This document shows positions 28,712 to 37,882 of a stretch of 50,050 nucleotides of DNA, one piece after another (the first letter of the stretch is position 1; every line of letters begins with the position of its first letter). The DNA lies in the NCBI GenBank assembly GCA_947303785.1, contig CAMYZH010000005.1:1-50050 (forward strand), read 5' to 3'. Under the pieces are notes generated by a model that saw only the letters and a list, made by a program, of their open reading frames with translations, was not told the origin of the DNA and searched no databases. The DNA is from an uncultured Clostridium sp. GTDB taxonomy: Bacteria > Bacillota > Clostridia > TANB77 > CAG-508. Made by a program: the position numbers and the translations under genes.

Positions 28712-30940
28712 ATGGACAGAAAAAAAATTAATGTGATAAGTAAATATTTATTAGTTATATTTTTGATGTTACAACCAATTTTAGAATTATTACTAGCTGT
28801 TTTTAAAGATAATGTATTTTCAGTAGGAAATATTTCATTTGCTACCTTAATTAGATATGGATTATTTATAGTGTTACTATTTATGACGATTATACCGAAT
28901 TTGAAGAGAAAAAGTACTAGAGTATTTATGTGTTCACTAGTATTATATTTGATTTATTTTGTTGTACATTATATGAATATAAAAACATTTAATGTTATTA
29001 TATTAGGCGAAAATATGCAAAAAAGCTTGTTTGCTGCTGCTATTTATATATCAAAATTTATTGTACCAGTTAGTGTTGTGTACTTTACATATTTGTTAGA
29101 ATTTAGTTATAAAGAGATAAAAAATTCTATTTTATTTGTTTCAATTTTTGTTTCTTTAGTTTTAATTATTACTAATATAGCAGGAATTGATTATATGGCA
29201 TATTCATTTGAAAAAAATGATCCAGTAGCTGCAAGTATTATTAAATGGTTTGATCCAAGTTATAAGTATAATGAATGGAGAATGTTAACATCAAGAGGAT
29301 TATATCCTTCTGGTAATGAACTAAGTTCACTACTTATAATTCTATTACCTATGGTTACATGGATAGCGCTTAAAGAAAAGAAAAATTATTATTTTGTAAT
29401 TGTTTTAGTTCAGATGATTGCTATGTTGCTAATAGGAACGAGAATTGCTGTTTATGGAGAAATTGGAGTACTAGTGGCAGTATTTATCATTTGGCTTTTA
29501 GATAGAATGTTTTCAAAGAGCATTATTGAAAAGGGAAAAGTAATTAGAATTTGTGCGCTTGCAATAATATTTTCAGTATTTTTCTTAAAATCACCATTTT
29601 TTCACAGAATAATTGTTGGTGAAGGTGTAAATAATTCTTATGAAAAAAGAGAAGAAAAAGAAATAGAGTTAAGTAAAGATGATAATACTGAAAATAGAAT
29701 TTTTGTCAAAACCAATTATATGAATTCAATGATACCTGAAGATATGGTATTAGAAAAATATGATTATATAGAACATACTGAATTTTGGGTACATATCATA
29801 AAAGATGTTGATATAGCCAAAAGAGATAATGCAAGAAAATTAAAGACTTTGATTTTAGAGGATATAAAAGATTGTAAAAATAGTAAGCTTGACTGGTGGC
29901 TAGGTATTGGAGAAATTCCAATATATCCAGAACGAGACTATATTGCACAAAAATATTATATTGGAGTAATAGGTGTTGCCATCTTTTTAGTACCATTTGT
30001 AATTTTAGCTTTAGTTTCATTGATATATAACTTAATTAAATTATTTGGCAAGAAAATTGATGGGGAGCAAATTGTAGTATTATTTTCATTATTTATTTTT
30101 ATTGGAACTGCATATTTGGCCGGTCATGCTATTGAACCAATTTACATAAATTCTTTTATTGGAATGTTGTCAGGATTTTTATTAATTAAATTATTATATA
30201 GAAATAAAAATAAAGTTTCAGAATCAGGAATAGAAAAATACATTCAAAAAGTTTATAAAGAAGGAAAAGAAAAATTTGTAAGTGAAATAGAGCAAAACAT
30301 TATTAATAATGAAAAAAGATTTGTTGTTACTGCTAATCCAGAAACTTTGATGATAGGAAAAAATAATGAAGAATTTAATAAATGCTTACTAGATGAGGAT
30401 ACTACTATTGTTCCTGATGGAATTGGCATTATAAAAGGTGCGCAGTTGCTTAAATATCCTATAAAAGAGACTATAACAGGTGTAGAACTTTGCAAAGAGT
30501 TATTTAATATTGCAAATGAATACAATAAATCTTTATATTTATTTGGTGCAAAAGAAGAGATAGTCTCAAAACTTAAAGAAGTAATAGAGAAAGATTATCC
30601 GAATATTAGAATTGATGGAATTAAAAATGGTTATGTTGAAGATAAGCAATTAGTATTTGATGAAATAAAAGAATTGCATCCAGATATAGTGCTTGTTGCA
30701 CTTGGAATACCAAATCAAGAACTTTTAATATATAATAACCTAAATGGATTTGATAAAGGAATTTTTATGGGTGTAGGTGGAAGTTTTGATGTATTAAGTG
30801 GGATGAAAAAAAGGGCTCCAGAATTTTTTGTAAGAACACATACAGAATGGTTATATCGAATAACTGTAGAACCAAAGAGATTAAAAAGATTTTTTAATAG
30901 TAATATAAAATATGTTTTTAAAATTATCCAAGAGAGATAG
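28712..30940 (+). CDS. Fusion: O-antigen ligase/polymerase-like membrane domain + WecG/TagA/CpsF glycosyltransferase
   Basis: ~500 aa polytopic N-terminus (LIGTR); C-terminal VVTANPE, VPDGIG, ALGIPNQE, GVGGSFDV, RAP...EWLYR. Confidence 0.8.
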   Translation: MDRKKINVISKYLLVIFLMLQPILELLLAVFKDNVFSVGNISFATLIRYGLFIVLLFMTIIPNLKRKSTRVFMCSLVLYLIYFVVHYMNIKTFNVIILGENMQKSLFAAAIYISKFIVPVSVVYFTYLLEFSYKEIKNSILFVSIFVSLVLIITNIAGIDYMAYSFEKNDPVAASIIKWFDPSYKYNEWRMLTSRGLYPSGNELSSLLIILLPMVTWIALKEKKNYYFVIVLVQMIAMLLIGTRIAVYGEIGVLVAVFIIWLLDRMFSKSIIEKGKVIRICALAIIFSVFFLKSPFFHRIIVGEGVNNSYEKREEKEIELSKDDNTENRIFVKTNYMNSMIPEDMVLEKYDYIEHTEFWVHIIKDVDIAKRDNARKLKTLILEDIKDCKNSKLDWWLGIGEIPIYPERDYIAQKYYIGVIGVAIFLVPFVILALVSLIYNLIKLFGKKIDGEQIVVLFSLFIFIGTAYLAGHAIEPIYINSFIGMLSGFLLIKLLYRNKNKVSESGIEKYIQKVYKEGKEKFVSEIEQNIINNEKRFVVTANPETLMIGKNNEEFNKCLLDEDTTIVPDGIGIIKGAQLLKYPIKETITGVELCKELFNIANEYNKSLYLFGAKEEIVSKLKEVIEKDYPNIRIDGIKNGYVEDKQLVFDEIKELHPDIVLVALGIPNQELLIYNNLNGFDKGIFMGVGGSFDVLSGMKKRAPEFFVRTHTEWLYRITVEPKRLKRFFNSNIKYVFKIIQER

Positions 30941-30948
30941 GAGAGAAA

Positions 30949-31929
30949 ATGGTTGATATTACAATTATTGTTCCTGCGTATAATGTAGGAAAATATATAG
31001 AAAAGTGTATGAATTCATTAGTAAATCAAACCAAGAAGGAAATTGAAATAATTGCAATAGATGATGGATCAACTGATAATACTTTAGAAATCTTAAAAAA
31101 ATATGAGAGTGAGTACAAAGATTTAGTAAAAGTTTTTCATCAGGAAAATAAAGGTCAAAGTTTAGCTAGAAATTTAGGAATAGAAAACGCAAGTGGAAAG
31201 TATGTAGGGTTTGTTGATAGTGATGATGAAATTGAATTAGATTTATTAGAAAAACTCTGGGAAAAAGTTAAAGAATTTTCATATGATGCTGTAGCGTTTG
31301 ATGTTAATTGTATATATCCTAATAGGCAAATTATAATAAAATCAGGTGTTGAAACAGATGAAAAGCAATTAAGTAAAGAACAAAAAAATAATTTTTTACT
31401 TAATATGTATAGCATTTCATGTAATAAAATATACAAAAAAGATATATTTAAAGATAAAAAATTGTTGTTTTATCCTGGAGTGTGGTTTGAAGATGTTTTA
31501 TTCTTATATAAGATAATACCTAGCTTAAAAAGTATTGCTAAAATAGATTATCCTGGCTATAAGTACTATCAAAGAGAAAAATCAGTTACATATACATATT
31601 CTGATAGGTTAAAAGATATAAATAATGTATTAGAAAAATTACTTGACTATTATAATGAAGTTGGACTTTATAAAGAATATAGAGATGAACTTGAATATAT
31701 TTATGTAAGATACATGTATGCAACTTTTATTAAAAGATTATCAAAATCTAAAGATAAAAAAAGATTTAATGATGGTGTGAAATTTGCTAAGCAGTGTGTT
31801 AATAAGAGATTTCCTCAATATAAGGAAAATAAGTATTTGAAAAGAGGAGTAAAAAGCATGTATTTGAGGCATTTTAATGAGTTTATAGCCAATTTTGTAT
31901 ATATTTTAGAAAAAAATAAAATGAATTAG
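30949..31929 (+). CDS. Glycosyltransferase family 2
   Basis: IIVPAYN, DDGSTD, ARNLG, FVDSDD, FED. Confidence 0.92.
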   Translation: MVDITIIVPAYNVGKYIEKCMNSLVNQTKKEIEIIAIDDGSTDNTLEILKKYESEYKDLVKVFHQENKGQSLARNLGIENASGKYVGFVDSDDEIELDLLEKLWEKVKEFSYDAVAFDVNCIYPNRQIIIKSGVETDEKQLSKEQKNNFLLNMYSISCNKIYKKDIFKDKKLLFYPGVWFEDVLFLYKIIPSLKSIAKIDYPGYKYYQREKSVTYTYSDRLKDINNVLEKLLDYYNEVGLYKEYRDELEYIYVRYMYATFIKRLSKSKDKKRFNDGVKFAKQCVNKRFPQYKENKYLKRGVKSMYLRHFNEFIANFVYILEKNKMN

Positions 31930-31938
31930 GAGAAAAAA

Positions 31939-33048
31939 ATGATAAAAGTAATGACAGTGTTTGGAACAAGACCTGAAGCAATAAAAATGGCTCCACTTGT
32001 TAAAGAATTAAAATCAAGAAAAGAGATTGAATGTATAGTTTGTGTTACAGCTCAACATAGGCAAATGTTAGATCAAGTATTAAATACATTTAATATTAAG
32101 CCAGATTATGATTTAGATATTATGAAACAAGGACAAACATTAAGTGATATTACTAGCAGAGTTTTATATGGGTTAGAAGAAATAATAAAACAAGTTAAAC
32201 CAAATATTGTTTTAGTTCATGGAGATACAACTACTACTTTTGCTGGCGCTTTAGCTGCTTACTATAATCGAGTTGATATTGGACATGTTGAAGCAGGACT
32301 TAGAACTTGGAATAAGTATTCTCCATATCCCGAAGAAATGAATAGACAGATGGTTGGAGTTATGGCAGATATGCATTTTGCTCCAACAGAGAATAGTAAA
32401 AGAAGCTTACTAAAAGAAAATAAAGATGAAGAAAAAATATATGTGACAGGAAATACGGCTATAGATGCTTTGGCAACTACAGTTAGAAATGATTATTATC
32501 ATCCAATTTTTGATTGGCTTAAGGATGATAGGTTAATTTTGGTAACTGCTCATAGAAGAGAAAATTTAGGAGAACCTATGAGAGGAATGTTTAAAGCTAT
32601 AAAGCGAATAACAGAGGAATTTGATGATGTAAAAGTTATTTATCCAGTACATTTAAATCCAAAAGTTAGAAACATTGCAAAAGAAGTGCTTGGAGATGAT
32701 AGTAAAGTAAAACTTATTGAACCACTAGAAGTTATAGATTTTCATAATTTTATGGATAAATCATATTTGATATTAACAGATAGTGGAGGAATTCAGGAAG
32801 AAGCCCCTTCATTAGGAAAACCAGTTTTAGTATTAAGAGAAACAACTGAAAGGCCTGAAGGAATTGATGCCGGGACACTTAAACTTGCAGGGACGCAAGA
32901 AGAAAATATTTATAAGTTAACTAAAGAGTTGTTAATAAATAAGGATGAATATTTAAAAATGGCACATAGTGCCAATCCTTATGGTGATGGAAAAGCTAGT
33001 AAAAGAATAGTTGACGCTATTATCGAAAAATATTCAAAAAAGAAATAA
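31939..33048 (+). CDS. wecB: UDP-N-acetylglucosamine 2-epimerase (non-hydrolysing)
   Basis: FGTRPEAIKMAP, HGDT, HVEAGLR, HRRENLG, TDSGGIQEEAP, TERPE. Confidence 0.97.
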   Translation: MIKVMTVFGTRPEAIKMAPLVKELKSRKEIECIVCVTAQHRQMLDQVLNTFNIKPDYDLDIMKQGQTLSDITSRVLYGLEEIIKQVKPNIVLVHGDTTTTFAGALAAYYNRVDIGHVEAGLRTWNKYSPYPEEMNRQMVGVMADMHFAPTENSKRSLLKENKDEEKIYVTGNTAIDALATTVRNDYYHPIFDWLKDDRLILVTAHRRENLGEPMRGMFKAIKRITEEFDDVKVIYPVHLNPKVRNIAKEVLGDDSKVKLIEPLEVIDFHNFMDKSYLILTDSGGIQEEAPSLGKPVLVLRETTERPEGIDAGTLKLAGTQEENIYKLTKELLINKDEYLKMAHSANPYGDGKASKRIVDAIIEKYSKKK

Positions 33049-33089
33049 TAATCGAAGGATAAAACATGTATTAATTAAGGAGAGATTAT

Positions 33090-34487
33090 ATGAATGGACT
33101 TTCAAATGCATTAGAAAAAATAATTAAGTCTATAAGTCTTGTTTTATTAATATTGATACTATCATTATTATTTATAAAACAAATAGGAAATTTATTAGCT
33201 GTATCAATTAGTATTTTTGCAATTTATTTTTTTTATAAAAAAGATATAAGTAATAAAAAATTTCTAATAGGATTAATTATAATTGCAGTTTTAATTAGGT
33301 TTGGAATTGTACTACAATTACATAATCCACAGCTGTCAGATTTTGGAACTTTATATAATATTTCACAAGAGTTAGTTGATAGAAATATATCTGAAAACAG
33401 TCAAAAATATTTAAATATATATAATTATCAATCACCTTTTATAATTTATCAATCAGGTATATTATTTGTTTTTCATAGGCTTATAGCTTTAAAGTTTATA
33501 AATGTAATTCTAAGTATTTTATCATTAATTCTTATGTATAGAATTATTAGCAGGATATCAAGCAAAAAGAGTGCTCAAACTATAACATTTCTTTATAGTA
33601 TATTTATAAATGTTATTTTATATAATAGTGTCTTATCTAACCAACATATTTTTTCATTTTTAATATTATTATCATTTGAAATATTTCAAAATGATAAAAT
33701 AATAAAGAACAAATATTTAAAGATTTTTATATGTTCTTTTATTATAGGAATTGCAAATTTAATCAGACCAGAGGGCATTTTGTGTGTTCTAACATTTTTA
33801 GCATTTTTTATATATCAAATATTTAAAAAGGAAATAAATATTAAAGAGTTTGGCACAAAAATTGTTATATTGTTAGCTACATATTTATTGGTTACCAATG
33901 TGCCAATTATGCTATTAAGAGAAAACGGCTTTATGGAACAAAAAAGTATTAATGATAATTTGTATAAAGTGGTATTAGGGTTGGATATTAGCAGTAATGG
34001 TAGATGGTCAGAAAAAAAGTATTCACAGCTATATAGTTATACTAATAAAAGTGAGTTAAGGGCTTATGAAATACAAGAAATTAAAAAAAGTCTTTTAGAT
34101 ATTAGAATTTTTAAATTATTTATAATAAAAATAGTAGAATTTTGGAATGATTTTGATTTTTCATGGTCTATTGGATATTTATGGAAAAGTAAAATTGGTT
34201 CTGTAATATCATTTGGTAATTTTTATACATTTATTAGTTCTTATGATTCTACTCTTTGGTTAATTATAGTATTTATTGCATTATATGGAATAATAAAAAA
34301 CGAAGATAAAAATAGAATTATATATTTAATTCTTTTGATTGGAGTGTTCTTAACATATTTATTGATAGAGGTTCAAGGACGATATGCATTCCCATATAGA
34401 ATCTATATATTTATAATCGCAGGAAGCGGATTAGAAACATTATTAGAAAATATAAAGAGAAAATATTGGACAAATCAGAAAAAGTAG
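33090..34487 (+). CDS. Polytopic GT-C fold (GT39-like) membrane glycosyltransferase
   Basis: Many TM helices; SDF loop, IRPEG, EVQGRY. Confidence 0.65.
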   Translation: MNGLSNALEKIIKSISLVLLILILSLLFIKQIGNLLAVSISIFAIYFFYKKDISNKKFLIGLIIIAVLIRFGIVLQLHNPQLSDFGTLYNISQELVDRNISENSQKYLNIYNYQSPFIIYQSGILFVFHRLIALKFINVILSILSLILMYRIISRISSKKSAQTITFLYSIFINVILYNSVLSNQHIFSFLILLSFEIFQNDKIIKNKYLKIFICSFIIGIANLIRPEGILCVLTFLAFFIYQIFKKEINIKEFGTKIVILLATYLLVTNVPIMLLRENGFMEQKSINDNLYKVVLGLDISSNGRWSEKKYSQLYSYTNKSELRAYEIQEIKKSLLDIRIFKLFIIKIVEFWNDFDFSWSIGYLWKSKIGSVISFGNFYTFISSYDSTLWLIIVFIALYGIIKNEDKNRIIYLILLIGVFLTYLLIEVQGRYAFPYRIYIFIIAGSGLETLLENIKRKYWTNQKK

Positions 34488-34550
34488 AGTATTATAGGTC
34501 TAACAATCTTAGATAAATAGTTTTTGAGATGGAGGATTATATAAAAAAAT

Positions 34551-34931
34551 ATGAAAGAGAGAAGAGTAATGAAAATAGTATTAATTGGAATATACTTATT
34601 TATGACAGTTGCAGGATTAGTATTGATGAAATATGGTAAAAACCCAGGAACTATTAAGGTTTCAAATGGTAATATTAGCTTTGGAGTCAGCTTTATAAGT
34701 GGAATTGGTCTTTTATGTTATATTATTAGTTTTGTATTGTTTACAAGGATTGTTATTATGTTTGATTTGAGCTATATATATCCAATCACGACAGGAATTG
34801 TTCAAATTTTATCATTAATTGCATCAAAAATTGTTTTTAAAGAAAATATTACTGTTTCAGCGCTAATTGGTGCATGTCTTGTTATTGTTGGAATTATTGT
34901 AATGAATTTACCAACTGTAAAAACTAATTAA
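34551..34931 (+). CDS. Small 4-TM EamA/SMR-like protein (possible lipid-sugar flippase)
   Basis: LSYIYPI..G..Q...FKENIT...G..LVIVGI pattern. Confidence 0.6.
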   Translation: MKERRVMKIVLIGIYLFMTVAGLVLMKYGKNPGTIKVSNGNISFGVSFISGIGLLCYIISFVLFTRIVIMFDLSYIYPITTGIVQILSLIASKIVFKENITVSALIGACLVIVGIIVMNLPTVKTN

Positions 34932-34961
34932 GTTTAGAATTGAATTGTAAGGAGAAGTACA

Positions 34962-35900
34962 ATGAATAAAATATCCATAATCGTACCATGTTATAATGAA
35001 GAAGAAGTATTAGAAATTTTTTATAATAAAATAACAGAAGTATCTAGCAAAATGGATGCAGAATTTGAATTTATATATGTTGATGATGGTTCTAAAGATA
35101 AAACCTTAAAAAAAATAAAAGAGCATGCTAAAAATGATAATAGAGTAAAGTTTATATCATTTTCAAGAAATTTTGGAAAAGAAGCGGCAATGTATGCAGG
35201 ATTGAAAAAGGCAACAGGGGATTATGTTGCAATAATGGATGCAGATCTTCAAGATCCACCAGACTTATTACCTCAAATGTATGAAACACTTCTGACTAAA
35301 GAGTATGATTGTGTTGCAAGTAAAAGAAAGACTAGAAAAGGAGAACCAATTTTACGTTCTTTTTTCTCTAAGCTTTTCTATAAAATTATAAATAAAATGA
35401 GTAAGACAGAAATAGTTGACGGAGCTAGAGATTATAGATTAATGACAAGAAGGATGGTTGATAGTATTTTGCAAGTTACTGAATATAACCGTTTTTCTAA
35501 AGGTATTTTTAGTTGGGTTGGTTTTAAAACTAAATGGATAGCTTATGATAATGTAGAAAGAGCTGCAGGAAAAACTAAATGGAGCTTTTGGAAATTGTTT
35601 ATGTATTCATTAGATGGAATCACGGCATTTTCAACTGCACCACTTATTTTTTCAGCATTATTAGGACTAATGTTTTGTTTTGTGGCATTTTTAATGATAA
35701 TTGTTATTATTGTTAAAACATGTTTATATGGAGACCCTGTTTCAGGCTGGCCATCAACAATTTGTATTATTCTTTTTGTAAGTGGTATACAGTTATTTAG
35801 CTTAGGTGTAATGGGACAATATATGTCTAAAGAATATATGGAAATTAAAAATAGACCTGTTTATATAATAAAAGAAACAGAAGAAGATATTGAAAAATAA
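34962..35900 (+). CDS. Bactoprenol glycosyltransferase (GtrB/YkoT-like GT2)
   Basis: VPCYNEE, FSRNFGKEAA, MDADLQDPP, two C-terminal TM helices, RPVYII. Confidence 0.92.
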   Translation: MNKISIIVPCYNEEEVLEIFYNKITEVSSKMDAEFEFIYVDDGSKDKTLKKIKEHAKNDNRVKFISFSRNFGKEAAMYAGLKKATGDYVAIMDADLQDPPDLLPQMYETLLTKEYDCVASKRKTRKGEPILRSFFSKLFYKIINKMSKTEIVDGARDYRLMTRRMVDSILQVTEYNRFSKGIFSWVGFKTKWIAYDNVERAAGKTKWSFWKLFMYSLDGITAFSTAPLIFSALLGLMFCFVAFLMIIVIIVKTCLYGDPVSGWPSTICIILFVSGIQLFSLGVMGQYMSKEYMEIKNRPVYIIKETEEDIEK

Positions 35901-35917
35901 TATCAAATAAGATTTAA

Positions 35918-35949
35918 AGAGATTACAAAAAAATGTAATCTCTATTTTT
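35918..35949 (+). terminator. Intrinsic terminator of glycan cluster
   Basis: AGAGATTACA-AAAAAA-TGTAATCTCT-ATTTTT. Confidence 0.7.
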
Positions 35950-35982
35950 ATGAAATAGAAAACACAAATTTTTTTTCTTATA

Positions 35983-36011
35983 TTGAAATGTTTTTTAATA
36001 TATGGTATAAA
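35983..36011 (+). promoter_or_regulatory. sigma-A-like promoter for rlmN operon
   Basis: TTGAAA-17bp-TATAAA with TGn. Confidence 0.55.
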
Positions 36012-36044
36012 TGTCTATATATGATATAGCGGAGGATATTTTAT

Positions 36045-37076
36045 TTGAAAACAAACATTAAAAATTTTACTTATGAAGAGCTCACAAATGAATTAATAAA
36101 TATAGGAGAAAAGAAATTCAGAGCAGAACAAATATTCAAATGGATTCATCAAGAAAATATCACTTCTTTTAATGATATGACAAATATTTCAAAAGAACTT
36201 AGAGATAAGCTAAATGAAAAATTTTCATTACACAATTTTAATATAATAAAAAAGTTGGAATCAAAAGATGGAACAAAAAAATATCTTTTTGATATTTTAG
36301 ATGGAAATGCAATTGAAAGTGTTTTGATGAAATATAAATATGGTTATTCTATTTGTGTATCGTCACAAGTAGGATGCAAAATGGGATGTAAATTTTGTGC
36401 ATCAACAGGGATACCTTTTTCTAGAAGTTTAGAGGCAGGAGAAATTGTTGAACAAATTTTAGCAGTTCAAAGAGAAGAAAATATTAGAATTTCAAATATT
36501 GTATTTATGGGAATTGGAGAACCTTTAGACAACTATGACAATGTAATTAAAGCAATAAATATAATAAATGATCCAAAAGGGTTAAATATTGGGACAAGAC
36601 ATATAAGTATTTCAACAAGTGGATTAGTTCCGAATATATATAGATTAGCAAAAGAAAACATACAATGTACATTATCAGTATCATTACATAGCAGTAATAA
36701 TCAAAAAAGAAGTGAGATGATGCCAGTTAATAACATGTACCCAATAGAAGAATTAATGGAAGCATGTAGAGAATATATTAGAATTACAAACAAGAGAATT
36801 TCCTTTGAGTATGCACTTGCAAAAGATAATAATGATAATTTAGATGATGCAAAAGAGCTAGTAAAACTACTAAAAGGAATGCTCTGTCATGTTAATCTAA
36901 TTCCAATAAATAAAATTGATAATGGTAAATATACTAAAAGTACGAATGATAATATAATTAAGTTTAGAGATTATCTAAATGAAAAGGGAATAGTTGCAAC
37001 AATAAGAAGAGAACTGGGTTCTGACATTGAAGCAGCATGTGGACAATTAAGAAGGGCAGAATTGAAAAAGGAGTAG
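36045..37076 (+). CDS. rlmN: 23S rRNA m2A2503 methyltransferase RlmN
   Basis: TTG start with GGAGG; SSQVGCKMGCKFC, FMGIGEP, AACGQL. Confidence 0.96.
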   Translation: MKTNIKNFTYEELTNELINIGEKKFRAEQIFKWIHQENITSFNDMTNISKELRDKLNEKFSLHNFNIIKKLESKDGTKKYLFDILDGNAIESVLMKYKYGYSICVSSQVGCKMGCKFCASTGIPFSRSLEAGEIVEQILAVQREENIRISNIVFMGIGEPLDNYDNVIKAINIINDPKGLNIGTRHISISTSGLVPNIYRLAKENIQCTLSVSLHSSNNQKRSEMMPVNNMYPIEELMEACREYIRITNKRISFEYALAKDNNDNLDDAKELVKLLKGMLCHVNLIPINKIDNGKYTKSTNDNIIKFRDYLNEKGIVATIRRELGSDIEAACGQLRRAELKKE

Positions 37077-37079
37077 AAA

Positions 37080-37814
37080 ATGAGGGTATTTACTAAAACA
37101 GATATAGGAAAAGTTAGAAGTATGAATCAAGATAGCTTTTTTGTATCTGAAAATGAAAATGGATTAAAACTATATATTTTAGCAGATGGAATGGGAGGTT
37201 ATAAAGGAGGCGAAATAGCAAGTAAAGTAGCAACTACAGCTGTTTCTAAATTTATAACTGAAAAATTTGATGAAATTGATAAGAGTAAAGATTCAATATT
37301 AGATTTGCTTGAAGATGCAATCACTTTTGCCAATTCAGCAATTTATGAAGAATCTGAGCAAGATGAGGAACTGCAGGATATGGGAACGACATTAGAAGTT
37401 TTATTAATATATAAAAATAAAATATATATTGGACATATTGGAGACAGCAGAATTTATAGAATTCGAAAAAATAATATGAAAAAAATTACTACAGATCATA
37501 GTTATGTTGAAAAACTAATTCAAGATGGTGATATAACTAGAGAAGAGGCATATAATCATCCAAAGAAAAACTTACTTATGAAAGCGCTTGGAACAGATAA
37601 AGAAGTTGATCCAGACTTAATTTATACAGTTTTAAGCAAAAATGATATGTTAATTATATGCTCAGATGGATTAACAAACATGATTACAGAGGCAGAAATA
37701 CTAAATATTGTAAAAGAAAGTAGTCCAGAAGATGTTGTAAATGTATTGGTAGAAGAGGCAAATGAGTCTGGAGGACTAGATAATATTACAGTTATTTTTA
37801 TTGATAATAGATAA
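37080..37814 (+). CDS. prpC: PP2C Ser/Thr phosphatase (Stp1/PrpC)
   Basis: NQDS, ADGMGG, MGTT, HIGDSR, CSDGL, GGLDNIT. Confidence 0.93.
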   Translation: MRVFTKTDIGKVRSMNQDSFFVSENENGLKLYILADGMGGYKGGEIASKVATTAVSKFITEKFDEIDKSKDSILDLLEDAITFANSAIYEESEQDEELQDMGTTLEVLLIYKNKIYIGHIGDSRIYRIRKNNMKKITTDHSYVEKLIQDGDITREEAYNHPKKNLLMKALGTDKEVDPDLIYTVLSKNDMLIICSDGLTNMITEAEILNIVKESSPEDVVNVLVEEANESGGLDNITVIFIDNR

Positions 37815-37882
37815 TAAGATTTAAGATAATATATTAAGAATAAAATATAATAATATCTTTTAATTAAGGAGAAATAAATAAT

